The translations under genes and the position numbers were made by a program. From positions 1-64,000 of the forward strand of contig CBDVDH010000012.1 in the NCBI GenBank assembly GCA_965372715.1: a stretch of DNA of 64,000 bases, given 5' to 3'. This document shows positions 45,101-51,181 of this stretch, one piece after another. How positions within the stretch are numbered: the stretch's first letter is position 1; every line of letters begins with the position of its first letter. The notes below the pieces were generated by a model. It searched no databases and was not told where the DNA came from. It saw nothing but the letters and a program-made list of their open reading frames with translations. This stretch comes from an uncultured bacterium (GTDB lineage: Bacteria > B130-G9).

Positions 45101-45419
45101 GCTCCAGGTCAGCGTCGGCTACACAAATGGGAGCCACGTCCCCGTGTATGTTGATCTGTTCCTCGTTGTGCAGTTCCCCAATGGGCAGTATCTGTTCATA
45201 AGCGGCTTGTTCGGGCCTTCGTGGGATATCTCGAGCCCCTATTGGACTGGTTACCTACCCGCTGGTCATAGCGACCCGTTCCCGCTGTTCTGGCTACCAA
45301 TACCAGAGGTGGGAGGACTTGAGGGCACATACTACTGGGTCGCGGCTTTCGTCGAGCCAGGCACCACCTGGAACATCATAGCCGCGACAGAGCCTCAAGC
45401 GATGGAGCTCCAGCCCTAA
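33153..45419 (+). CDS. Giant secreted surface protein/adhesin (FG-GAP repeats, PQQ-like propeller, about 19 Ig-like repeats, inactive C13-like domain, C-terminal beta domain)
   Basis: Signal peptide; DxDxDGxxDL repeats; SPAV..DG.V.FG repeats; recurrent VELWYRY...YEFYT.A.D.AGN.E. Confidence 0.88.
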   Translation: MNRGSSRLYLLIAVALTVFCVGAVARAAIPLETDPSWHSTDEFRTYDVEWFFATDGTVYPDLYAANIDGPVYVYTSSKTDPITISTTPATVSAVSENAIDIDFCDYDWNGYTDMALVLDNGLVEVYRATTGTIATDWTLIWQSCQIPTANTTKVKWAFVDGDGYPDLITIGDPDYVKVYYNNGNYNFRSHSGCSDYPDWETPSSYPALSIDVGNVNGDGTPWMYQDFVIGTGDGDPIYLFIFDPNLGSRGYYMPDPVWQSTATPITRGVLLRDFDKDDQLDLAAGNVGDPSWIFQNTGAEPWFASTPDWASDPANDTYDIAAADFDVDSDPGTENDLELVEGNFAAADVIYVNNTTTIGLLDMPTTPIWVSDFATGETLSLACADIGEDLNNATYPTIDPELAAGDWDQYNVIYINWSELGPYLDNQIPSESSLCVGLDDDMRLPPVGTCSSIENIYLQVWASAPGSSITSIRVFVDGTTSTMQEVTASCATNAVSYDGIPARFWEVCYFDPTMWNWGDWVYVRVNATDSNLRFRSMTYSFHIMDEISLYESDPEEGEVWPAGNTLWYTLADTCCTITTAYADLHWTGPFGPTSASLTTAAIVGGPTLYTIVCTTQDGYPLGPGSYTWDFWGDDDCGMLYDYTIHFTVVGPVWPTFRGPGWPGYAQEPLHSGMTIYPAYMECPSRRWSFPKPQDPEVGDFYASPVKDWQGNVYTIDTNHILYKVASSGTLVWSVDTGTPADYSRYAPVLGPTATDNSIVFLPAGDEVHAYEASDGSLIDTYSVTPGNYIRSSLLLFFYDNDPLYPVLAFGTRANVAGDNFFMLYADRANLFDEFCALEITGEHIQSTPVANPEGDCVWVGTHLGYMHKICTGEGCNIDATFDTSVYEGSVFGGLIHGSPAVATDGSVFFGDDAGYFFKIGSDATIGSTGWYVETSYSIHSSPALFTTGATLCVAYGDNNGTLWVFGAYQALTVLCVGDEFFTAGPQDGGGSTIFHGISVSADGYIYFGSQNGRLYCVDATQGDDSYDHDLWDILLGNYVYTTPAIGWYGEVNVCTATGAGQGGVIYEIISDCNAPSTSCLSINYLTFDYTNVPDFQLRYLGTDYQSGIESIDFYRKPKFGGSFQNIGTEYPTAPGFNVDGTFDTSLATEGTFHFYTIGFDRKEPPNEENPPASYDCAIIYDATEPLATCSTTDPWASSGTLAVCFTAWEDISATTSVSGLHTVKFYTQWMANNCGASWGSWQAESTHATTYATGTTLATGCIAWVPPNEGYYNFAFVASDWASNAMIEPPVASCSSTVVDYTEPESQTIGCAATNNPVITRAYTASDAISGLDQIDLYYWYSNDGGASWGSFTWADMVKTDPDGDDTACVWDGDWTFDVTAIGEGIYRFVTIALDNVGTWETHPTDPSDPPYYQIYYDITEPETWAITNETYWNYDANCPTCGTIEVCFDSTFPEPGGSGLEQVTLWWRVQEDCVGGWTTWSDMLTEPITGPTICSTTATVLTSGCWFFPAATTGWYEFYTIGEDFGGNTEAPPVSADDDAMYENIPPESEAYAIPEYANIPVDLGLTSWDDPGLCASGIATVASLYQFEGEATWSTIAGVMIPTSGTVSWLPAPPWEGIYRVLSNAQDKAGNWEYRNWAILNAQSEDDWFVYDVSDPVATLTCVSPPYLSSVATMYYDFNDENASGTTVSGFDYTELWGWDASTGTVCVLATDTTVYGQTGPGTSSFTFTPPHEGLFGLYTTGYDRATNFEAGTVTECTVTFDWTLPTSTITSVVPTVATSDPADECIAIDFIATDAVSGIAEVHLFYRYTEDGGASWEPDGVCGWRDYNDDVSGSTVMGATSGTFAFCFDDLVNGDLDGYYEFYTHAIDHAGNNQAPIDNDIDGCQDAFGFCLRDTTGPWSSAECTEDIYPNHIAATSVVEICYEAGDGSGLNLDRVELWFRYYMAYYSTWTHWCTDSTLAYEGAPVATSGVFYFDTLNPYNANWQAYGDGIYQFFTLARDEAGNWERMPTYPPRDYDTYLMVDTTAPIASCDLDADVYSSGPIEVSYSASDELSGISYVELWYATYTTVWLWATEGTISTDEVGAFTFDPSAFGITEGALRFYVQAHDAAGNSMTAPSGEAGCGPVYIDIDDPTIICDSAAYTLGATVDITYEASDGTTWADTVDLYYSFEGADWVDAGVSDENTMDDNPFVGTFTFAPENGEGEYVFRLVATDAIGHSAFCETSTVFDETKPQTEVTGDEYVIGGTIELTVFGEDPQDDSRTISGIDYVELFYKYAVDGDFTGVSWMTTGITTATIDTLGTYTTPPWNPVDGDGWYRFCTIGHDNAGNVEAFPYHYDWELAYQSGASLVTSFCWTRGGQEYWTEEIVIEYIATPTTTALDTVELWYRYQAYPGAGWTTWSYTGYIAYETYGTFNFAYLNYGEGLYEFYTHATEISGLEEEHNADPNMRYDCWGHYDVTAPESFAWVAATYTNATNINVSIDFDDYVMMGGSGVDCIELWYRLEGGTWENTACQAIAGGTPQDVIFTATDDGEYEFFSIAVDNAGNRETNPTDADGTIIRDALEPWAVASAPAYTNDAALTVTYMGDDTVGTTPNVSGLDSVRLYYMFAEDGASWPGTWTNTGLVSDTGAFAFNLLDGQGVYRFYAEATDHAGNVETFNGAFEAETVYDTDVPNSACTSPTFATDTIVEVTFTAEDPQTGAILPSDLAFMELWYRYYDAPTDTWTDWDDSGLRGVGTAGTIEFDIDLFGYGEGDYEFYTIAVDNAGNRENAPTVADDATTVAITLPASMVMDALTPDYCNDGVMEIYYEAASPAAAIVDVDLWYRYSPDGVLWPGWQEATATRFADRFEMPADVLPMPVDGVTDEGYYEFYTIATDAAGNVELPPLVADAGVITDITPVVSMVDAPACTGTGEVLVHFYATDNLSGLARVELEIATVAGVWTPTGLSSTQGSGVMLFEPETEGLYWLTTVGYDRAGNVEGDKDLRAVQMSYDLTAPETTLTRTVAASRTVPIPVDYSVLEEGCGLVELRLYYKTDPTAATWFDCGLSTTSPEGTINFVPPGLLQGRYYLGGCAKDVAGNVELLPAVPNYDIEVIYDVTPPVTTVSDPATRLLDDCETIGVSYIVNDAYSPIQTVALYYKYEDGAWTDSLLRKSGATGEFSFTPPEAFGIYYFIMVSEDAAGNAEEFVPTDEGMAWFMFDSEPPYVVAGSIEPAPGGFGYPRDANIEFTLMDDGYGVDVTTIEIEVVDAYGRNITASTITMDVNADGSVDVVFEPSRLYGYEDVITVYVTACDLVPSGVPGNCENCIETPETWSFSVTARQVPQLSDGSVTPDVGYVPLNTEFTYEVSYFSATVDIPTTKLVYIDGASHGMELVAGDEWNGTYQFVIDGLEEGVHEYYFLFATEGGDQARWPAVGTEGGPTVHAEMTTTLSCTVLPEEPSVHDTLVISGVLGTGATEETIAINIANPVISFIGTAVTTDGGDFVYEASASVIGPWSVSAFWAGNEDYSPVESAIVEFEVSKIATALELDVMPHSLRVGETVDITGRLNAVPVFNDGVVYIELINPAGERSEGIEVELLPDGTFELMSFDMLTLLGTWQIVAMFDGTAEYAASESEFVTVVVTGGDAAVLIHGHSDLPRARNERHRTMEYVYQTLRRRGLSHADIYYLTNMLEQSQYADAGCNEGEYDDVITELVNRIEAGNAPENLYVVLMGQSSQEGAFFTLQVADTLSSTKLRSDLDMLKALAPAMETVGVMAFDASQRFAEYLGMIADSVFISTAVEPDGYTYPVPGTEHGDLFVAEFFSAVASDKSVDVAFDMAYDSAKVLHEPQEPMMFDTGGLAPTTSIGSWTIRGDMAPVILDYAEGTTFADSGATPTTVDLWVQAEDDFMVAQVYALIMPEGYDAAAVPFTGASTAEPVALARQVGGYWTGEFAIAVPGAYEVAYVAIDTVGNVSELASTTWAMAVLEIELELNGYIFHPGDTLQVSVGYTNGSHVPVYVDLFLVVQFPNGQYLFISGLFGPSWDISSPYWTGYLPAGHSDPFPLFWLPIPEVGGLEGTYYWVAAFVEPGTTWNIIAATEPQAMELQP

Positions 45420-45431
45420 CGCTCGACTCGG

Positions 45432-45911
45432 ATGAAATACGATAATCTACCGAGGAGGGGATCGGCGCTTGCCGGTTCCCTCCTTTTCTTATTCTTGGTC
45501 GCGTGCGTTCAGGTAGGCTGCGAGAGCGAGCTGGACAAGGAGCAGGCGGCGTACGATTCTCTGAAGGCGTGCGTCAACGCCTACTGGCAGACGAGGGTCG
45601 AGGGGAAGGTCTGGCAGGATACCGAGCAGTGCTGTGCCTCAGTCGAGGCAGAGGAGTCAGGCGGCGAGGCCGGCAGGCGAGACCCCGTCGCCCCCCAGAT
45701 TAGCATCGAGCGCTTTGAGATCAGAGAACTGAACGTCAAACGGGACCTCAAACGGGCTGAGGTCAAGGTCTGGCTCGAATACAGCATCCCGCTCATCCCG
45801 ACATCTCTCACCAACGTAGTGACCGAGAGGTGGGAGCTGCGCGACGGCGTCTGGCATCGCGTCCCCTCCAACCTGAACGCTATTCTGATCGGGGCGGGAA
45901 GGCCGGGGTAG
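45432..45911 (+). CDS. Putative lipoprotein (NTF2-like fold pattern)
   Basis: Hydrophobic leader ending QVGC; C-terminal ERWELRDGVWHR. Confidence 0.6.
   Translation: MKYDNLPRRGSALAGSLLFLFLVACVQVGCESELDKEQAAYDSLKACVNAYWQTRVEGKVWQDTEQCCASVEAEESGGEAGRRDPVAPQISIERFEIRELNVKRDLKRAEVKVWLEYSIPLIPTSLTNVVTERWELRDGVWHRVPSNLNAILIGAGRPG
45452..45490 (+). terminator. Rho-independent terminator-like hairpin
   Basis: gaggaggggatcggc-gctt-gccggttccctcctt followed by ttctt. Confidence 0.65.
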
Positions 45912-45977
45912 GGGCAATCCACCGTGGTTGCCCTTTATAATTGATAAGAGAGGGCAGGCGCGGGGGCCTGCCCCTAC
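45908..45977. repeat. GTAG-type REP doublet between convergent genes
   Basis: gtaggggcaatccaccgtggttgccct ... agggcaggcgcgggggcctgcccctac. Confidence 0.7.
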
Positions 45978-47170
45978 GGAACCTGGGCGTGATCCAAGGC
46001 GTCGCGCAGTTCCTCTACGTGGCCTTGTCCGATGAGTGCCAGTTGGATCTTGAGGGCGAACACCTCGGGTGCGTTCTGAGGCAAGAGGCCGGCGAGCCTG
46101 GGCGCGTCCTTATCCGTGGTAACCAGTAGGTCAAATCGGCCGGACTGTCGTTGCGAGAGAAGGCTCGCGATCTCTGCCCTTGTATAAGCGTGATGGTCGG
46201 GGAATGGCACGCCAGTTACTGAGGCGCCCAGCGCGGAGAGAGTTGAGAAGAAGCTCTCGGGCCTCGCGATGCCGCAGAATGCGAGAACGCTTTTGCCCCT
46301 CAAATGCTCAAGGTCAAACGCCTCTGAATCTGAGATGCGTCTGAGTCCCGCCGGTCGGTGGACAGAATGAAGAACGGTCATGTCCGGGTTGTATCGGCGA
46401 ATAGCCTCTTCAGTGGCTGCAAGCTCATCCGGTTCGCACTGATCCGCGCGTGAGATTATCGCCACCTTGGCACGCTCGATGGCCCAGAGCGGCTCACGGA
46501 GCGTTCCACACGGCAGGAGTCGGCGGTTGGCAAATGGATACTTGGCGTCGAACATCAGGATGTCGAGGTCCCTTTGAAGCCGCAGGTGGCCGAAGCCGTC
46601 ATCCATGACCAGAACGTCAGGCGCGAGGCTCTCGCAAGCACGTTTGGCTGCCGCCGCCCGATCCGCCGACACGATAATCGGAACATCTTCGAGGTGGGCC
46701 GCCAGCGTCAGAACCTCATCGCCAAATCGGTTCAGAGCTGCCCGCGGCTCGAGACAATGAAGATCGCCCGGCGCGAGAACCTGCATCGATCGCTCGGAGC
46801 GTCGGTAGCCGCGCGAAAGGACGAGCACTTGTTTGCCCATCTGTTGAAGCAGCTGGCAGACGAGGACAACCGCCGGCGTCTTGCCGGCGCCCCCAGTCGT
46901 GATGTTGCCGACGCACACTGTGGGGCAAGGCGGCCGATACGTTTTCAGTGTCCCTCTTCTGTAAAGCGCCATGCGTGTGGCCACTGCGGCGCCATAGACG
47001 ATTGAGAATGGCTCCAGCAAGGCAAGGAGGGTGGCGGCGCACAGATCGAGAAAGCGATCTTGCTTCCGATCGGCAGAGCCGGTCGCCGTGCCGAGGCCCG
47101 GATCGAGGCGCGCCATAAGAGCTGCCTTGAAGCGCGAGAAAGACGAGGCGCGGAGATTGGCCTTTCTCAA
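45974..47170 (-). CDS. lpxK: Tetraacyldisaccharide 4'-kinase
   Basis: VGNITTGGAGKTP, LSRGY, GDE, MDDGFGH, GTLRE, FPDHH, TDKD. Confidence 0.95.
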   Translation of the reverse strand: MRKANLRASSFSRFKAALMARLDPGLGTATGSADRKQDRFLDLCAATLLALLEPFSIVYGAAVATRMALYRRGTLKTYRPPCPTVCVGNITTGGAGKTPAVVLVCQLLQQMGKQVLVLSRGYRRSERSMQVLAPGDLHCLEPRAALNRFGDEVLTLAAHLEDVPIIVSADRAAAAKRACESLAPDVLVMDDGFGHLRLQRDLDILMFDAKYPFANRRLLPCGTLREPLWAIERAKVAIISRADQCEPDELAATEEAIRRYNPDMTVLHSVHRPAGLRRISDSEAFDLEHLRGKSVLAFCGIARPESFFSTLSALGASVTGVPFPDHHAYTRAEIASLLSQRQSGRFDLLVTTDKDAPRLAGLLPQNAPEVFALKIQLALIGQGHVEELRDALDHAQVP

Positions 47171-48486
47171 TGTTCTGGGCCCTCTTCCAGGAAGCCATCG
47201 CGCTCAAGATGCGCCATTATCCTGTCGATTGCGCCTCGATTAGCGGCGAGAACGTCCTGGGCCGCCCTTGCCATCCGTTCCCGCGTCTTTAGCGAAGAGA
47301 GAATGTCCGAGATTGCCTGGAGCAATTCTGGTCCGTCATTAACTCGCCTCGCGGCCCCGCTTGAGACCAGTATCTCGGCTATGAACCGGAAGTTCTGCAT
47401 GTTTGGTCCAAAGAGGGTCGGGACGCCGCAGGCAGCTGGCTCAATCGGGTTCTGTCCGCCGGTTACGTTGGGAGCAAGGCTCTTGCCTACGAAGGCCACG
47501 GTGGCGATCTGGTAGGCCCGCATAAGCTCCCCGATTGTATCGAGGATGAGTACGTCGAATGTACCAGACGCAGGCCCCTGCTCGCTTCTTCGCACATACG
47601 AGACGCCCTTTTTGGCCGCGATTTGAGCGACTTGTCCGCCTCGCTCGACGTGTCTGGGCGCAAGGATCAAGGCGAGGTCGGGATGTTTCTCCTTGAGTGT
47701 GAGAAAGACATCGAGGACGATCTCATCCTCGCCGGGGTGCGTGCTTCCAGCGACCAGTGTGGTTCTTGCGGGGTCGAGGCTGAAGTCGCTGGCGGTCCGC
47801 TTCCTTTCGGCGTCTGAAGTCTCCTGTGATGGGACGTCCAGCTTGACCGTGCCCGCCACACTGACCCGCTCTTCCGGAGCGCCCATCTGCATCAGCCTGG
47901 TTTTGTCCTGCTTAGTTTGAGTGAGCATTATGGAGACTTTGGGCAGGATTCGTTTCCACAGCGGCCGCGTGAGTATGTAACGCTTGAATGATTGGTCCGA
48001 GATGCGACCGTTGACCAGTGCAAGTGGTATGCAGGCCCCGTGTGCCGCGCCGATGAGATTCGGCCAAAGCTCGGTCTCAAGAACGATCACGCTGCGAGGG
48101 TTGACCAGCCTCAGGAAACGGTTCAACAGAATCGGCAGATCAAATGGCATATAGACCGTGAAGGCGTCTTGGCCCACCTGTTCTTTGGCGAACGCTTGGC
48201 CTGTTGCTGTGATCGTTGACAGAACAACCGGGATATTCAGGCTAGCGAGGCGCCTCACTATGGGGCAGGCGACGCCCACCTCTCCGACGGAGACGGCATG
48301 GATCAGTATCGGGCGTTGGGGGAGAGCTGAAATTGAGGCTCGGGCGCGGCCTATGAATCCCAGCCGGCGCCATAAGTTCGCCCTGTATTTCTTTGAGCAC
48401 AGAACGATCGGGACAATGACTGGGCTGAGGACAACGAGAGCGATGTGGAGGAGCAGGTTATATAGAAAGAGCACAAATGGTCCCAA
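47167..48486 (-). CDS. waaA: 3-deoxy-D-manno-octulosonic acid transferase
   Basis: HAVSVGE, ETELWPN, GSTHPGE, APRHVER, GGQNPIEP, GPNMQNF. Confidence 0.95.
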   Translation of the reverse strand: MGPFVLFLYNLLLHIALVVLSPVIVPIVLCSKKYRANLWRRLGFIGRARASISALPQRPILIHAVSVGEVGVACPIVRRLASLNIPVVLSTITATGQAFAKEQVGQDAFTVYMPFDLPILLNRFLRLVNPRSVIVLETELWPNLIGAAHGACIPLALVNGRISDQSFKRYILTRPLWKRILPKVSIMLTQTKQDKTRLMQMGAPEERVSVAGTVKLDVPSQETSDAERKRTASDFSLDPARTTLVAGSTHPGEDEIVLDVFLTLKEKHPDLALILAPRHVERGGQVAQIAAKKGVSYVRRSEQGPASGTFDVLILDTIGELMRAYQIATVAFVGKSLAPNVTGGQNPIEPAACGVPTLFGPNMQNFRFIAEILVSSGAARRVNDGPELLQAISDILSSLKTRERMARAAQDVLAANRGAIDRIMAHLERDGFLEEGPEH

Positions 48487-48502
48487 TTGCCTTGTGGCGA
48501 TG

Positions 48503-49156
48503 TTATCGCACCAGCTCTTCCGCTTGGTGCGTTATCTCGATCAATCTTGTTTCGAGAGCCTGTCTGAGAGTCTCCACCGTTTGCGCATCAGCGTCCGCCG
48601 GCACGTCGAGCGGGTCCCCGAAAACGAATACGCCTCGGCTGAACGGCGCCGGGATGATGAAGTTGTCCCAGCTGTTGAACTCCTTGCGTCTGGAGCACGC
48701 GTACGTAGCCGGAAAGATCGGGACCCCGGCCGCTTTCGCGAGCACAATCGTGCCTTTGTGCGCCTTCCACTTAGGCCCGCGTGGCCCGTCCGGCGTTATC
48801 GCAACGTCGCCGCCAGCGCGCAGCATCTGGAGCATTAGTCTGAACCCGGCGCTTCCGCCCCTCGTGCCCGAGCCTCGGATCGACCGCACGCCGAGACGCG
48901 AGACAGCCCTTGCGATGAGTTCACCGTCTCTGTGATTGCTGATCAGCACATAGAGGCCGTGGCCTTTGTAGGCCAGCGGCATCATCAGGAGTCGCTGGTG
49001 CCACAGTGCAAAGATCGATGGGAGTTTCTGCTTCCATCGGCTCTCCACTTCGTCGAAGCCACGTCTTGAGAATCCTATGGTCCAGCCGAGTGTCCTGACG
49101 AATAAGCTTATCAGACAAGGCGCGGCGGCGAGAACGAAACGGTTGTTAAGGCGCAT
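48503..49156 (-). CDS. Lysophospholipid acyltransferase family protein (DUF374)
   Basis: ALWHQR, SNHRDGE, IRGS, ITPDGPRGP, SWD...PAPF. Confidence 0.9.
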   Translation of the reverse strand: MRLNNRFVLAAAPCLISLFVRTLGWTIGFSRRGFDEVESRWKQKLPSIFALWHQRLLMMPLAYKGHGLYVLISNHRDGELIARAVSRLGVRSIRGSGTRGGSAGFRLMLQMLRAGGDVAITPDGPRGPKWKAHKGTIVLAKAAGVPIFPATYACSRRKEFNSWDNFIIPAPFSRGVFVFGDPLDVPADADAQTVETLRQALETRLIEITHQAEELVR

Positions 49157-49298
49157 AGCTAACCTCTGGGGGACAGCCCCATTGGGTGCTGGACGCGGAT
49201 ACCGGGATTCTCGGTTAGCGACAGCTTATAGGCGTTCATGTGGCTGAAGTGCTTGTGCGAGAGAAGCAGAACATCTTTCGCCGCCTCTGCTGGCTTGT

Positions 49299-50210
49299 TT
49301 AGGCGACATTTGACAGCCTCCTGCTGAGCTGGTTTATGTGCTCCGGGGTCGTGCCGCAGCACCCGCCGACCATTGCGGCGCCGGCGTCCGCGAGCTTCGC
49401 CGTCTTCTCGGCGAACTCATCCGGAGCCTCGTCATAGACGGCGACGCTATCCTGCATTCTGGGCATTCCCGCATTGGGATAGGCGACGATCGGCATGCGC
49501 GTGCACCCTCGAAGCGCTGCGACGACCGAAACCATGTCATCCGCGCCGGTGCCGCAGTTTGTGCCCACGCCATCGACGCTAATGTTTTGGTCTGCGAGCA
49601 TCTTCACGAAACGCTCCGGGCTTGTTCCCATCATGGTGCGCGGCCCGTGGGGCGTCGGCTCGTAGGTGAGGTTGACGATGACTGGGAGCGACTGGAGGAC
49701 GGACTTCGCAGCTCTTGCGGCCAGAATCGCCTCTTCGGGGGAGATCATCGTCTCGACGATAATCGCATCGACGCCGCCCTCGACCAGCGCCCTGATTTGG
49801 ACCGCGAACTGCTCGAGCAGAGACTGTGGGGTTGCAGTGCCAAGCGGCTCAAGAAGCTCCCCAGTTGGGCCGACGCTGCCGAAGATCAGAGCTGGTTTGC
49901 TCCTGCCGCACGCGCCGCGCGCTTTTGCCGCAAGTTCGGCCCCCGCGCGGTTGATCTCCTCGGTTCTTTCTTGGAGCCCGAACATCTTGAGCTTCTCTGG
50001 CGAGCCGCCGAACGTGTTGGTTACGATTATGTCGGCGCCCGCTTTGAGGTAGTCCTCGTGGATGTCTTGGACGCTCTCCGCGTGCTCGATGTTCCACAGT
50101 TCAGGGCACTCGCCCAGCCCCAGGCCGGCGCTCTGGAGCATTGTCCCCATTGCGCCGTCAACGATGAGCAACCGCTTCTTGGCGATGAGCTCGGTCAATC
50201 TGCTAGCCAA
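49299..50210 (-). CDS. Homocysteine S-methyltransferase domain protein (MetH Hcy module)
   Basis: DGAMGTML, GADIIVTNTFG, GTNCG, PNAGMP, GGCCGTTPEHI. Confidence 0.92.
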   Translation of the reverse strand: MASRLTELIAKKRLLIVDGAMGTMLQSAGLGLGECPELWNIEHAESVQDIHEDYLKAGADIIVTNTFGGSPEKLKMFGLQERTEEINRAGAELAAKARGACGRSKPALIFGSVGPTGELLEPLGTATPQSLLEQFAVQIRALVEGGVDAIIVETMISPEEAILAARAAKSVLQSLPVIVNLTYEPTPHGPRTMMGTSPERFVKMLADQNISVDGVGTNCGTGADDMVSVVAALRGCTRMPIVAYPNAGMPRMQDSVAVYDEAPDEFAEKTAKLADAGAAMVGGCCGTTPEHINQLSRRLSNVA

Positions 50211-50880
50211 TTTGCAGCAGCTCCTTCACCTTTTGAACGGCCCCTGTGGCGTCGTCCGCGTAGCCGTCTGCGCCGATCGAGTTTGCGAACTCCTGGGTAA
50301 CTGGCGCTCCGCCAACCATAACCGAAACACACCCCTTCAGGCCGTTTGCTTCGAGGAGCTCGATCGTCCGCCTCATCTGCGGCATTGAGGTGGTTATGAG
50401 CGAAGATAACCCTATGACTTCTGCTCCGGTTTCCTTTGCGGCCTCGATAAACTTCTCGGGGGCCACGTCCCGACCGAGGTTAATGACCTCGAAGCCATTT
50501 CCCTCCAGCATCATGCCGACGACGTTCTTGCCGATGTCGTGCAGATCGCCGAGAACCGTGCCGATTACTACTTTCCCGCGCGGTTCTGCGCCGGACGCGG
50601 CGAGAATGGGTTTCAATAGGCCGGTCGCAGAGGTCATCGCCCTGGCGGCCAGCAAGACTTCCGGGATGAAGAACTCCTTCTTCTGGAAGCGGTCGCCAAC
50701 GACCTGCATCCCGGCGATCATGACGTCCATGACTCTCTTGGCGGATTCTCCCTCGTCAAGTGCGCTTCTGACAAGATCGCAAAGCTGCTCCTGCTGCCCC
50801 GTGATGAGAGAATCCTTTATGCGCTTTTCGTCCAACGCTTGTCTCCTTCTGACCGACTGAAACCGCCTCTGAGCCATCAC
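50203..50880 (-). CDS. Corrinoid (B12-binding) protein
   Basis: FIPEVLLAA, GTVLGDLHDIGKN, GLSSL, MVGGAP. Confidence 0.92.
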   Translation of the reverse strand: MMAQRRFQSVRRRQALDEKRIKDSLITGQQEQLCDLVRSALDEGESAKRVMDVMIAGMQVVGDRFQKKEFFIPEVLLAARAMTSATGLLKPILAASGAEPRGKVVIGTVLGDLHDIGKNVVGMMLEGNGFEVINLGRDVAPEKFIEAAKETGAEVIGLSSLITTSMPQMRRTIELLEANGLKGCVSVMVGGAPVTQEFANSIGADGYADDATGAVQKVKELLQIG

Positions 50881-50893
50881 CCGGAGGCTTATC

Positions 50894-51178
50894 CTATAAC
50901 TTAAACTGTTTCCACTTCTGATTCAAAGTATAGACGAACGCAAGGATCTCCGCGACCGCTTTGTAGAGCTCGGGCGGAATCGCCTCCTCCAAATCCAGCA
51001 GCATCAGCGCCTCGACCAGATCGGCGTCCTCCTTGATCGGTATGTTGTGTTCTTTGGCGAGCTCGATGATCTTCTCGGCAAGGTGTCCAGCGCCTTTTGC
51101 CAGCAGCTTTGGCGGGTCAGGGCACTTATGATCATAAGAAAGTGCGGCCGCCTTTTTTCTCTCTTGCTTCTTGGCCAT
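50894..51178 (-). CDS. FlhB C-terminal-domain-only protein (FlhX-like)
   Basis: AAALSYD...PKLLAKG...AEKIIELA...IPPELYKAVAEILAFVY. Confidence 0.9.
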   Translation of the reverse strand: MAKKQERKKAAALSYDHKCPDPPKLLAKGAGHLAEKIIELAKEHNIPIKEDADLVEALMLLDLEEAIPPELYKAVAEILAFVYTLNQKWKQFKL

Positions 51179-51181
51179 CGA

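Noticed and set aside
49338-50300. 320-aa plus-strand ORF
   Set aside because: Antisense shadow of the homocysteine methyltransferase gene
50894-51178. Flagellar or T3SS locus
   Set aside because: Only the small cytoplasmic FlhB-like domain; no other export genes in the window
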